From NCBI GenBank assembly GCA_040382515.1, contig JBEIFH010000002.1:29806-93805 (forward strand): 64,000 nt of DNA, written 5' to 3'. Numbering within the stretch: the stretch's first letter is position 1; each line of letters begins with the position of its first letter. This document shows, piece by piece, positions 9,695 through 18,939 of the stretch. The notes under the pieces are model-generated. The model saw nothing but the letters and a program-made list of their open reading frames with translations, made no database searches and was not told where the DNA came from. The position numbers and the translations under genes were made by a program. The DNA comes from Chlamydiia bacterium (GTDB taxonomy: Bacteria > Chlamydiota > Chlamydiia > Chlamydiales > RGXB01).

Positions 9695-10636
9695 ATGATC
9701 CTTTCAAAAAAAGAAGCTATAGATCTTTTAAAAACTGGCGGTATTGTTGCGGTCCCTTCGGAAACCGTCTATGGTTTGGCCGCATCAATTGACCATCCGC
9801 AAGCGGTTTCTAAAATTTTTTCTATGAAAGGGCGCCCCTCTAAAAATCCGTTGATTGTCCATTTCAAATCCATAGATCAGGTTCTTGAATATCTGGATTT
9901 GCAAAACGACGTAGCAGCCCATCTTAAACATTTCTGGCCCGGACCTCTGACAATTGTCGCTCCCCTCAAGAAAAAATTGGATCCGTCTATAACAGCCGGC
10001 CTTCCGACCTTGGCGGCGAGGATCCCCTCTCATCCGGTTTTTTTGGAACTGATCGAAGCTGTCGGACCGCTTGCGGCCCCTTCTGCAAACCGCTCCGGAC
10101 TCCCGTCAGCAACAAGAGCATGGCATATAGAAAACGATTATTTAGGAAACGTACCGATTGTTGAAGGCGACCCTCCAAAACATGGCCTTGAATCTACCAT
10201 CTTAATCCAGAAGGGGTCCTTGTTTGAAGTCGGACGGCTTGGTGCCCTCTCGATCGAAGAGCTTGAACGCTATTTTACCATTTCGCACCCCACGAGCACC
10301 CCTTCAACACCCGTTTGTCCGGGGCAGATGTTTCGCCATTATTCTCCCCGATGCGTACTTGTAGATGAATGGTCGGACAAAATTGAAGCCGTAGTCGGTT
10401 TTTCCGATGTCAAGTATCCCAACGATCTTTCTCTCTACGCACTTGGCCCGATCCATGACCCTGTCGCGATAGCCAGCAATCTTTTTGAAACCCTGCGCCT
10501 TTTAGATCAAAATCAGGTCCAAAAAGCGTTTGTGGATTTCAATTTCCCCCTCCATGGTCTTTACGCACCCATTCGCGAGAGATTGCTAAAAGCTACCCAA
10601 CAAACAACCAACCTAAAAGAGGCTACCCATGTCTAA
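9695..10636 (+). CDS. tsaC: L-threonylcarbamoyladenylate synthase (Sua5/TsaC, YrdC domain + Sua5 C-terminal domain)
   Basis: VPSETVYGLAA, KGRPSKNPLIVH and PSANRSG motifs. The 313-aa length fits the long Sua5 form. Confidence 0.85.
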   Translation: MILSKKEAIDLLKTGGIVAVPSETVYGLAASIDHPQAVSKIFSMKGRPSKNPLIVHFKSIDQVLEYLDLQNDVAAHLKHFWPGPLTIVAPLKKKLDPSITAGLPTLAARIPSHPVFLELIEAVGPLAAPSANRSGLPSATRAWHIENDYLGNVPIVEGDPPKHGLESTILIQKGSLFEVGRLGALSIEELERYFTISHPTSTPSTPVCPGQMFRHYSPRCVLVDEWSDKIEAVVGFSDVKYPNDLSLYALGPIHDPVAIASNLFETLRLLDQNQVQKAFVDFNFPLHGLYAPIRERLLKATQQTTNLKEATHV

Positions 10637-11027
10637 AATTGCAACTGTTCACTATACAGGTAAAAAAAAGGACGGCAAAACGTTTGATTCCTCCGTTGAC
10701 AGAGAGCCATTCAGCTTCCAAATCGGACAAAAGCAGGTGATCGAAGGTTTTGAGAAAGCTGTTTTGAGCCTTTTGGTAGGGCAAAAAAAAGAGTTTGAAA
10801 TTCCATTTTCAGAGGGGTATGGGCCTAAAAATCCTGATCTAGTAGGACGGGTCAAAAGAGATCTGTTCCCTCAAGATCTTGAACTTGAGGTGGGAATTGT
10901 GCTAGAGATCCGCGGTCAACCCGTCGTTGTAGTAGCCTTAGATGAAAATAGCGCAACTCTCGATGCAAACCATTTCCTTGCTGGCGAAGATCTCATTTTT
11001 GAAATCGAACTTTTGGATATCAAGTGA
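10629..11027 (+). CDS. FKBP-type peptidyl-prolyl cis-trans isomerase (SlyD-like, short form)
   Basis: VHYTGKKKDGKTFDSS...FSFQIGQKQVIEGFEKAVL..GQKKEF and ANHFLAGEDLIFEIELLDI. Overlaps both neighbours (8 nt upstream; GTGA downstream). Confidence 0.85.
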   Translation: MSKIATVHYTGKKKDGKTFDSSVDREPFSFQIGQKQVIEGFEKAVLSLLVGQKKEFEIPFSEGYGPKNPDLVGRVKRDLFPQDLELEVGIVLEIRGQPVVVVALDENSATLDANHFLAGEDLIFEIELLDIK

Positions 11028-12031
11028 TTTGTCTGGGAATTGAAAGCACATGCGACGAGACCTCAATTGCGGTGATCACAGACCGTTTTGAAATCCTTTC
11101 TAATGTCATCTATTCCCAAGCAGACCTGCACAGCCGGTTCGGCGGCGTTTTCCCCGAGCTGGCTGCACGTGAACACCTGGAAAAAATCACACCCTGTTAT
11201 TTAGAGGCCCTTGAAAAAGCAAACGTCAGACCTGAAGAGATCGATCTCATTGCCGTAGCGCATGGTCCGGGATTGATTGGTTCTATACAGATCGGCCTCA
11301 CATTTGCTAAAACGTTGGCCCTCTCTTTAAATATCCCCTTTGTTGCAGTCAATCACATACACGCCCACCTTGTCGCCCCTCTTTTAGAAAACAAACATGC
11401 TTTTGATCTTTTTGGAGCGCTGGGGATAGTCCTTTCCGGTGGCCATACGCAAATTTTTTGGATGGAAACCCCGCTCGAAATACAGACAATCGGCTCGACC
11501 ATTGATGACGCGATAGGAGAGTGTTTCGATAAATGCGCCAAACTTTGCGATCTTCCCTACCCGGGCGGCCCCCATGTGGAAAGGTTGGCTAAGAGCGGAA
11601 ATCGGTCAAAAATTTTGCTTAAAAGCTGTAAAGTCAAGGAAGCTCCCCTCTCCTTTTCCTTCAGCGGACTCAAGACCCAAGTGCTGTATGCGCTAAAAAA
11701 TCCCGAAATCCTCAAGGAAGATCTTTTAGCCTCTTTTCAACATGTCGCCTTCCAAGATGTTTTGGATAAAGCGCTTCTTGCGGTCCAAATGTTTCAACCA
11801 AAATCCCTGTTTATAGGGGGAGGGGTCGCATCAAGTCAAACACTTAGAACCTATTTTAATGAGTTCCCCTTCCCTGTTTTTTTCCCCTCCAAAGAGCTCG
11901 CTCTAGACAATGGAGCTATGATTGCAGCCCTTGGGATTTTGCAATTTAAAAAGACGGGACCCTCCCCCATCGATGTGGAGCCCAAAACACGGATACCATT
12001 CCCAAAATTTGCACCACTTGTCCTTTCATGA
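11024..12031 (+). CDS. tsaD: tRNA N6-adenosine threonylcarbamoyltransferase TsaD (Kae1/Gcp family)
   Basis: LGIESTCDETS, the metal-binding NHIHAHL, SGGHT and GGGVASS. The GTG start overlaps the FKBP stop. The stop codon is created at the junction of tandem repeat copies 1 and 2. Confidence 0.9.
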   Translation: MICLGIESTCDETSIAVITDRFEILSNVIYSQADLHSRFGGVFPELAAREHLEKITPCYLEALEKANVRPEEIDLIAVAHGPGLIGSIQIGLTFAKTLALSLNIPFVAVNHIHAHLVAPLLENKHAFDLFGALGIVLSGGHTQIFWMETPLEIQTIGSTIDDAIGECFDKCAKLCDLPYPGGPHVERLAKSGNRSKILLKSCKVKEAPLSFSFSGLKTQVLYALKNPEILKEDLLASFQHVAFQDVLDKALLAVQMFQPKSLFIGGGVASSQTLRTYFNEFPFPVFFPSKELALDNGAMIAALGILQFKKTGPSPIDVEPKTRIPFPKFAPLVLS

Positions 12032-12252
12032 TTGCAGCCCTTGGGATTTTGCAATTTAAAAAGACAAGGACCCTCCCCCATCGATGTGGAGTCAAAAACA
12101 AGGGATCCCATTTTCAAAATTTGCACCACTTGTCCTTTCATGATTGGAGCCCTTGGGATTTTGCAATTTAAAAAGACAAGAACCTCCCCCATCGATGTGG
12201 GGCCCAAAACAAGGATACCATTCCCAAAATTTGCGCCGCCTGCCCTTTGTCT
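11918..12252. repeat. Tandem triplication (110, 112 and about 111 bp) of the tsaD 3' end
   Basis: Units start with atgattgcagcccttgggattttgcaatttaaaaagac at 11918 and 12028, and with atgattggagcccttggg... at 12140. The copies are clearly homologous but diverged by substitutions and 1-2 nt indels. Confidence 0.9.
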
Positions 12253-12286
12253 AGAAAACTTGAAATCACATGGGTTTAAGTCCTAA
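12140..12286 (+). pseudogene. Detached duplicate of the TsaD C-terminal coding segment (repeat copy 3 plus native-looking tail)
   Basis: Reads MIGALGILQFKKTRTSPIDVGPKTRIPFPKFAPPALCLENLKSHGFKS. Compare the TsaD C-terminus MIAALGILQFKKTGPSPIDVEPKTRIPFPKFAPLVLS. It is part of track ORF 12032..12286. Confidence 0.55.
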
Positions 12287-12447
12287 AAACCTAGGGCGTT
12301 TCGGGTCGGTTTCTCACTCCATAAATGGGGTACATAAAAAGATTTTTATAAGACGAGTTTTTTTGAACCGGATCCGGTGCACCTTTCACTAGCGTAAAAT
12401 TCAAAAAAGCGCTAGAATCTCTAGGAAAGAATTCTAAGGTATTCAAA

Positions 12448-12612
12448 ATGGCCAAAAAGAAAGCTGCCCGTCATACGATTCAATTGAGAAGTAGCGAATC
12501 TTCCCACATGTACTCTACCCAAAAGAATAAGAACAATACCACCGGTCGTGTAGAGCTCATGAAATTCGATCCTATTGTTAAAAAACATGTAATGTATAAA
12601 GAGAAGAAGTAA
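12448..12612 (+). CDS. rpmG: 50S ribosomal protein L33
   Basis: 54-aa ORF absent from the track: [54 protein letters not shown]. This matches the L33 pattern (L.S.ES.H.Y.T.KNK.N......L.K.DP...KHV..KE.K). Confidence 0.9.
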   Translation: MAKKKAARHTIQLRSSESSHMYSTQKNKNNTTGRVELMKFDPIVKKHVMYKEKK

Positions 12613-12632
12613 TATTCTTTGAAAAATCTGCT

Positions 12633-14072
12633 TTGTTTGAATTAAAGACAATTTATCGTTTTATCATCCCGAGAAAAGGGGAGATTTCATCTTCCCTAAT
12701 GTCTTTTATTTCTCTTTTTATCATCACCCTTGTCACATGGCTTTCTTTAGTTTTCCTTTCGGTCGCTGACGGCATTGAAAGGGGCTGGGTGCATCGGCTC
12801 ACATCCATACACGGCCCTTTAAAAATCGTACCTACCGAAGCCTACCACTCCTCCTATTACAATAAAATCGACCTATACAAATACGATAGCGATTACAGAA
12901 CCAAATCCCTTAGAGAAAAAAGAGCTTCTGTCGAGCCTTTGGAAATCAATGCCGAGATTGATGAAGAGCTTCCGGAGGATTTCCCTACCCCTATCATGAA
13001 TCACGAGGGGAAACCCGTCGATTTATTGAAAAAAGTTTTTTCTATAATCGAAGATTTAAAAACTCAAAAATTGGTCGATAAAGCCGATGAGTATGAGATC
13101 ACCGGAGCGATGATGCGGCTCAGGATATTTTCCAAAAAGGATTATGGCTACAATTTGATTTCCCAGGCCTCTTACATCATGTCCTATGACTCTACTACGA
13201 TCCACCTATTACCTGAACCTGTAGCCCAAAAGACACACTACACCCCCATCTTTTTACCGAAAAGCTTTCAAGACGGGGGGGCAAAAATCCATGATGTGGG
13301 GCAATTAACGATCTACAATGGGTTTTCTACAGCAACCGTTGAGGAAAACAACCCTTTTGAAATCGTTGGATTTTATGATGCCGGTACGTTGCAAATAGGG
13401 CCTAAATGCTTGTTTGCCCCGTACGCTTTCGTCTCAAAGCTTAGAAGCCAGGGGCAACTGGAATCGATCGACCCTATACTTACCAGCGGAATCCGTTTAA
13501 AGCTTTTTTCAAGCGATGACGCCCTAAACGTGGCGAGCAAACTCAAGGAGGCTTTCGAAGCTGAAGGGCTTTCCCCTTTTTTTGACATCGTTCCCTACAC
13601 CGAGTACGGGTTTGTCAAAGAGATTCTTCTCTCCTTCAAAAGCGATAAAATCCTCTATAGCATCATCGCACTCCTTGTCCTTGTGGTTGCTGCAAGCAAT
13701 ATCGTATCGGTTCTGTTGCTCATCGTCCACCAATCACGCAAAGAAATCGCCCTCTTAACGGCTCTTGGAGCAAGTAAACGCTCTTTAAAGTTGATCTACT
13801 CGGGACTCGGTTTTACTTTGGGATCCATCGGGTCGATTTTAGGTCTGGCCCTTGCTTTTATTACGATGAAAAATCTCCCGGTAATTTTGCAAAAAGTCCA
13901 CATTTTCCAAGGATATGAAAACCTTTTCTCCCAATCTGTCCCGACCACCCTTAGCCCTTTTTCCCTGTTAGTGGTTCTGATTGGAACGCCTATGATTGCC
14001 TGGTTTGCGGGCTGGATACCGGCTTACAAAGCGACACGCTATAAACCTAGCGAACTCTTAAGGTCCTTATGA
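12633..14072 (+). CDS. ABC transporter permease, FtsX/MacB-type (LolC/E-like lipoprotein-release permease)
   Basis: N-terminal TM, a large periplasmic domain and a C-terminal FtsX-type 3-TM bundle (ALLTALGASKRSLKLIY...). TTG start. ATGA overlap with the downstream ATPase. Confidence 0.75.
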   Translation: MFELKTIYRFIIPRKGEISSSLMSFISLFIITLVTWLSLVFLSVADGIERGWVHRLTSIHGPLKIVPTEAYHSSYYNKIDLYKYDSDYRTKSLREKRASVEPLEINAEIDEELPEDFPTPIMNHEGKPVDLLKKVFSIIEDLKTQKLVDKADEYEITGAMMRLRIFSKKDYGYNLISQASYIMSYDSTTIHLLPEPVAQKTHYTPIFLPKSFQDGGAKIHDVGQLTIYNGFSTATVEENNPFEIVGFYDAGTLQIGPKCLFAPYAFVSKLRSQGQLESIDPILTSGIRLKLFSSDDALNVASKLKEAFEAEGLSPFFDIVPYTEYGFVKEILLSFKSDKILYSIIALLVLVVAASNIVSVLLLIVHQSRKEIALLTALGASKRSLKLIYSGLGFTLGSIGSILGLALAFITMKNLPVILQKVHIFQGYENLFSQSVPTTLSPFSLLVVLIGTPMIAWFAGWIPAYKATRYKPSELLRSL

Positions 14073-14698
14073 TGCTACTAGCCCAAAATCTTAAAAAAAG
14101 CTTTGATGATCGGGAGCTTTTCGGTGAGATTTCTCTCTCCATTCCTGAGGGGAAAAAGATAGCAATTACCGGAAGATCGGGTAGCGGAAAGACAACCCTA
14201 TTAAATATATTGGGGCTGATCGAGTCCTCTGACGAGGGGAAGCTTGAGATTGAGGGGATCTTGGTGGATCAAAATTCCAACAAAGTCCGGAATCAAAAAA
14301 TCGGGTTTATTTTTCAGTTTCACTACCTTAACCCCGATCTGACCGTTTTTGAGAATTTAGAGCTCCCTAGGCTAATTCAAGGAAAGAGGCTTACGAGACA
14401 AGAGGCTCTAGAGCTTCTTAAAAAAGTTCACCTAGAGGAAAAATTGGAGGCGCCGGCCAAAATCTTGAGCGGAGGGCAGAAGCAACGGGTAGCTTTTGCG
14501 AGAGCTCTGGTCAATCAGCCGAAACTCATCCTTGCCGACGAACCTACCGGTCAACTTGATCCGTCAATGGCGCTCGAAATGATGGATATTCTTACCTCCT
14601 TGCCACAGGCGGTAGTCTTGGTCACCCACGACCGTCAATTTGCGATGAAAATGGAAGAGCGGTATGAACTTGTAAACCAGCGTCTGGTTGCATGGTAG
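14069..14698 (+). CDS. ABC transporter ATP-binding protein (LolD-like)
   Basis: Walker A GRSGSGKTT, signature LSGGQKQR, Walker B ILADEPTGQLD, H-loop VTHD. Confidence 0.85.
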   Translation: MMLLAQNLKKSFDDRELFGEISLSIPEGKKIAITGRSGSGKTTLLNILGLIESSDEGKLEIEGILVDQNSNKVRNQKIGFIFQFHYLNPDLTVFENLELPRLIQGKRLTRQEALELLKKVHLEEKLEAPAKILSGGQKQRVAFARALVNQPKLILADEPTGQLDPSMALEMMDILTSLPQAVVLVTHDRQFAMKMEERYELVNQRLVAW

Positions 14699-15249
14699 TT
14701 TCTATAGTACCCATTTGTGTTTTAGCAATATCCAACCGCTTCTCTAAAATGCGGGCCTTTTGGATTTGTGCCGCATTAGGCTTTATAGCAGATTTGTTCG
14801 TGCTTACGCTGCCATTAGGCTTTTACACATTTCTTTGTCCGCTGTTATCGTTTATATGGACAACGGCCTCCCCTTACCTGCCACCGGTTAAGAGCTTCTT
14901 CGCCCTACCGGGAATTTTTCTATTTTTTTCCCTTTTTTCTCTTCTGGAGTCTATTCCACTAGGCTATTTTGACCACCCCTTGATCGATTTCGTAGTGGGC
15001 CCTTTGATCGATTGTTCAATTTTTGGTCTTTTAGTCTTATCAGCATTAGCCTATAGGTATTTCCAACCGGCCCTTTTATTAGTTGACCTTTTAGAAAAAA
15101 CCGGAACCTTCTTTTTCCTTAAAAAGGGTTTTTTTCGTATCTTGAAAATTAGATCCGAAACGGGGATACGAACTGGACCACTTTCATTTGGTGGCAGGAC
15201 ATCTAAAGCAACACTTAAAGCTAACAAAGGTACCTATGGAACTGAGTAG
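14692..15249 (+). CDS. Hypothetical polytopic membrane protein (weak MreD-like pattern)
   Basis: Several hydrophobic spans. The segment ALGFIADLFVLTLPLGFYTF loosely resembles the MreD G..-D-......LG core. No firm assignment. Confidence 0.4.
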   Translation: MVVSIVPICVLAISNRFSKMRAFWICAALGFIADLFVLTLPLGFYTFLCPLLSFIWTTASPYLPPVKSFFALPGIFLFFSLFSLLESIPLGYFDHPLIDFVVGPLIDCSIFGLLVLSALAYRYFQPALLLVDLLEKTGTFFFLKKGFFRILKIRSETGIRTGPLSFGGRTSKATLKANKGTYGTE

Positions 15250-15919
15250 ACTGGAACTAGCAAAAAAAATGGCAGTAGAGGTCGGAGACTTGGCTCATGC
15301 ACGCTTCAAGGAGACCCACTCGGTTCTATACAAAGATATCTTAAAAACCGATCCGGTCACAGATGTAGATCGTATCTGCGAACAGATGATTGTTGCATCG
15401 ATCAGTAAATATTTTCCCGAGGATGGAATTCTTGGTGAGGAAGGGGGCTCTTATAATACCAATACGCAAAATTTTTGGGTGATCGATCCGTTGGACGGAA
15501 CACAAAACTATATCCACCATCTCCCCCTTTTTTGCGTCTCCATTTGCTATGTCGAGCATAATGTACCGCAAATCGGCGTCATTTACGCACCGGTTTTCGG
15601 CGAGCTTTATGTTTCTACGAAAGGGGGTGGCGCGACGATGAACGGTCAAAAAATCTCCGTATCGGCTGAAACCTATGATTTTAGCCGTCATTTCGGGACC
15701 TCTGTCCTCTCATTAGCGTGGGTCTCTTGCGGGCGTTTATCGTATTACAAAGCGCATGAACTTTTCCCATGGGATTTTGCCGCCGGAGCGCTCATGGTTC
15801 AAGAGGCGGGCGGTATCGCTTGCACTCTTGAAAATACGCCGCTCATTTTTTTTCAACCCCAGTCGTTTTTCGCATCTAACCTCCACCTGAAAACAAAACA
15901 CTTCGAAGGTACGAAATGA
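15236..15919 (+). CDS. suhB: Inositol monophosphatase family protein (SuhB-like)
   Basis: GEEGG, WVIDPLDGTQNYIH and WDFAAG motifs. ATG 15236 is preferred over the upstream track start at 15188. Confidence 0.85.
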   Translation: MELSRLELAKKMAVEVGDLAHARFKETHSVLYKDILKTDPVTDVDRICEQMIVASISKYFPEDGILGEEGGSYNTNTQNFWVIDPLDGTQNYIHHLPLFCVSICYVEHNVPQIGVIYAPVFGELYVSTKGGGATMNGQKISVSAETYDFSRHFGTSVLSLAWVSCGRLSYYKAHELFPWDFAAGALMVQEAGGIACTLENTPLIFFQPQSFFASNLHLKTKHFEGTK

Positions 15920-16761
15920 CTCTGATCCTCGACGGAAAATACGCAAGCCAGACCCTCTTATCAAGACAAAAAATCCCTACAACAACCTCCCCGCAGATCG
16001 TATTTATTTTAGTAGGGAACCACCCTGCCTCGTTGTCTTACATCTCGATTAAACAAAAAGCCTGCCAACAGCAGGCGATCCGCTCTCATATAGTACGCCT
16101 TGAGGAGCACACCACCCTAAAACACCTGATTGAGGAGATTAAAAAGCTCAACAACGATCCGGATGTGGACGGTATCTTGGTGCAACTTCCGCTCCCGGTT
16201 CACATCCCTATGCAGCCGGTGATCGAAGCGATAGATCCTAAAAAAGATGTCGATTGCCTCCACCCTTTCAACCTAGGGCGGCTGACGATGGGTGACACGA
16301 CAGGCCTACTCCCCTGCACTCCGTGCGGAATTTTAGAGCTTTTAAATTTTTACGAGATCGATGCGTATCAAAAAGAGATTTGCATCCTAGGAAGAAGCTC
16401 GATTGTCGGACGCCCTCTTTCAATCCTGGTCTCTTTGAAGTCTACTCTAGATTCTACAGTTACCCTTTGTCATCAGGGGACAAAAAATCTTTTTGAACAC
16501 ACAAAAAAAGCAGACATCCTGGTGGCTGCGATGGGCAAACCCCATTTTATAAAAAAAGAGCACATTAAAGAGGGTGCCGTGGTGATCGATGTAGGGATCA
16601 ATCGGGAGGGGGATAGACTCGTAGGAGACATCGACTTTTCTAGCGTCAAACAAAAAGCAAAAGCAATAACCCCTGTTCCCGGTGGTGTGGGGCCAATGAC
16701 CGTTTATGCATTGCTACAAAATGCCCTAAAAGCACATAAACAAAGAATAGAGAACACATAG
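15916..16761 (+). CDS. folD: Bifunctional methylenetetrahydrofolate dehydrogenase/cyclohydrolase
   Basis: ILDGK, DGILVQLPLP, GRSSIVGRP and PGGVGPMT motifs. ATGA overlap with the upstream gene. Confidence 0.9.
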   Translation: MTLILDGKYASQTLLSRQKIPTTTSPQIVFILVGNHPASLSYISIKQKACQQQAIRSHIVRLEEHTTLKHLIEEIKKLNNDPDVDGILVQLPLPVHIPMQPVIEAIDPKKDVDCLHPFNLGRLTMGDTTGLLPCTPCGILELLNFYEIDAYQKEICILGRSSIVGRPLSILVSLKSTLDSTVTLCHQGTKNLFEHTKKADILVAAMGKPHFIKKEHIKEGAVVIDVGINREGDRLVGDIDFSSVKQKAKAITPVPGGVGPMTVYALLQNALKAHKQRIENT

Positions 16762-16779
16762 AACATAAGCCAGGTCCCC

Positions 16780-18933
16780 TTGACTAAAAAAAATAGCCCA
16801 AATCTCCTTGATCTTGAAAAAGAATTTGCGATCAAGGCGCCCCATTTGAAAGCTGAAATGCAACACTGTCTGGAATTGATTAAGATGTACCTCGATAAGA
16901 AAGGGCGTAACGTTTTCAATCTGCATGATTTAAATAAATCTTTTCGACTTCCAAACAAGCTCAAAGCGGTTCTAGTCCTGCTAGTGGAACAGTTGACAAA
17001 AGAAGGCTTTCTAAAAAAAGATCTGGATATCTACAGCCTAAATCAGGCGAGAGAATCTTTGACCCCGCTCGAGGAAAATGTGGGTAAAATTTCTATCCAT
17101 CCGAATGGTTTTGGTTTTGTTAGCCTAAAGCAATTCGACGTTTTCATCCCAAAACACCTCGTTCTTAACGCGATGGACCAAGATCTTGTAGAGATCGAAG
17201 TTCTCTCTATTGAAGGGAGAAACAAAAAAGGGCCCGAGGGGCGGGTAACACGGGTTGTAAAAAGAAACAAATCCTCAATATTGGGGACTGTTGTAGAGAT
17301 CAAACCCGGCTCTTTACACGTACGCGCCTCCTTGCAAGGGGAATCGGAGCTGGCCCATGTGCCTATGCCGACAACCCCCGTTGAAGTAGGAGATCGGGTC
17401 TTGCTCGAGGTCCATTCATTACGAAATCAACTCCATTTGACTTTTGAAAGAAAGCTTGGCTCTATCTATGACCCGTTAAAAGACTTAGAAGCTATAAAAG
17501 AAGAATACACCCTTCCAAAAGAATTTCCCGACGAAGCTCTTAACGAAGCGCGCTCTTTTGGCGACAAAGTTGACAAAAGCCAGCATCAGGACCGTAAAGA
17601 TCTTACCGATCTTTTCACCATCACCATCGATCCAAAAACGGCAAAAGATTACGACGACGCCCTTTCTATCGAAAAAACCAAAAACGGCTATAAGCTATTT
17701 GTCCATGTCGCAGACGCCTCCTACTATGTGCAAAAAGGATCAGCTCTGGATCAAGAGGCTATTTTAAGAAAAAATTCCACCTACCTCGTCGGGACTTGCA
17801 TCCCTATGCTTCCCCATGTTTTATCAGATAATCTTTGCAGCTTAAAAGAGGGTGTCCCCCGTTTGGCTGTTACAATCGAGATGGACTTGAACCACAGTGG
17901 CCACCTTGAAAAGAGTCAAATTTACCGCAGTATTATCCAGAGCAATCATCGCCTCTCTTACGAGCAGGCCTTTGAGATCATGCACCAAGAGGATAAAACT
18001 TTTCTAAAAGAGCAACTTGTTTTGATGAAAGAACTGGCGCTCCATCTCAAGTCTTTAAAGCATCAAAGGGGTTCGGTCGACCTCTCTTTGAGTGAGATTG
18101 TTTGGAGGCTTGGGGAGGACGGTGTCCCGAGCGGATTTGAAATCAGCCACTACGATATCACCCACCAACTTGTCGAAGAGTTTATGCTCAAAGCCAATGA
18201 GGTGATCGCAACAGAGCTCAAAAATCGGGACGTAGCCCTGATTTACAGAGTGCATGAACCCCCATCCCCTGAAACAATGATGGAATTCAAAAATTTCTGC
18301 GTACGCCTTGGGGTCATTATTCCACAAGAATTTGGTCCAAAAGAGCTCGCAAAAGTCTTTGAAGCACATAGGGAATCGGCCTTTATCTCTGAACTTTCTT
18401 CAAGATATATCCGCAGCATGCGCCTTGCCACCTACTCAACGGACAGAATCGGCCATCATGGCCTTATGCTTGAAAATTACACCCATTTCACTAGCCCGAT
18501 TCGCAGATATGTCGATATTATTATCCACAGGCTGGTGTTTGGTGAAACGTACTCCCAAGAGGAGCTCGATGAGATTTCAAAAAACGCCTCGGAAAGAGAG
18601 CGTCACAGCGCTAGAGCCGAAATGAGCTATCTCATGCTGAAAAAAATCCGCTACCTTCACAGAAAGCATGAAAAAGATTCTGAGCGCATCTACAAGGCAA
18701 CAATCACCCGTGTCAAGCCCTACGGTATTGTTTTTGAAGTGAAAGAGTACGGGGTTGAGGGCTTTCTTCATATATCAAAATTAGGAAACGACTATTTTGA
18801 ATTCCATCCTAAAAAAGAAAAAATCACCGGACAGCGCTCTTTGAAAACATTTGAGATTGGCTATCAATTCACTGTTCAAATAGAATCGGTGAATCTCTTA
18901 TTTCAAGAGATCTTTTGGAAAATGAGCTCATAG
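16780..18933 (+). CDS. rnr: Ribonuclease R (RNase II/RNB family with C-terminal S1 domain)
   Basis: DPKTAKDYDDALS and HFTSPIRRYVDIIIHR RNB motifs. C-terminal S1-like YKATITRVKPYGIVFEV..GVEGFLHIS. TTG start as listed. Confidence 0.9.
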   Translation: MTKKNSPNLLDLEKEFAIKAPHLKAEMQHCLELIKMYLDKKGRNVFNLHDLNKSFRLPNKLKAVLVLLVEQLTKEGFLKKDLDIYSLNQARESLTPLEENVGKISIHPNGFGFVSLKQFDVFIPKHLVLNAMDQDLVEIEVLSIEGRNKKGPEGRVTRVVKRNKSSILGTVVEIKPGSLHVRASLQGESELAHVPMPTTPVEVGDRVLLEVHSLRNQLHLTFERKLGSIYDPLKDLEAIKEEYTLPKEFPDEALNEARSFGDKVDKSQHQDRKDLTDLFTITIDPKTAKDYDDALSIEKTKNGYKLFVHVADASYYVQKGSALDQEAILRKNSTYLVGTCIPMLPHVLSDNLCSLKEGVPRLAVTIEMDLNHSGHLEKSQIYRSIIQSNHRLSYEQAFEIMHQEDKTFLKEQLVLMKELALHLKSLKHQRGSVDLSLSEIVWRLGEDGVPSGFEISHYDITHQLVEEFMLKANEVIATELKNRDVALIYRVHEPPSPETMMEFKNFCVRLGVIIPQEFGPKELAKVFEAHRESAFISELSSRYIRSMRLATYSTDRIGHHGLMLENYTHFTSPIRRYVDIIIHRLVFGETYSQEELDEISKNASERERHSARAEMSYLMLKKIRYLHRKHEKDSERIYKATITRVKPYGIVFEVKEYGVEGFLHISKLGNDYFEFHPKKEKITGQRSLKTFEIGYQFTVQIESVNLLFQEIFWKMSS

Positions 18934-18939
18934 GAACTC

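Noticed and set aside
11851-12207. 118-aa minus-strand ORF with the repeated peptide ..STSMGEGP.. across the tsaD repeats
   Set aside because: It is antisense to tsaD and exists only because the tandem repeat lacks stops in that frame. Its periodicity mirrors the DNA repeat, and it has no start context.
12421-12651. 76-aa minus-strand ORF in the track
   Set aside because: It lies exactly antisense to a textbook L33 (rpmG) gene on the plus strand, so it is a shadow ORF.
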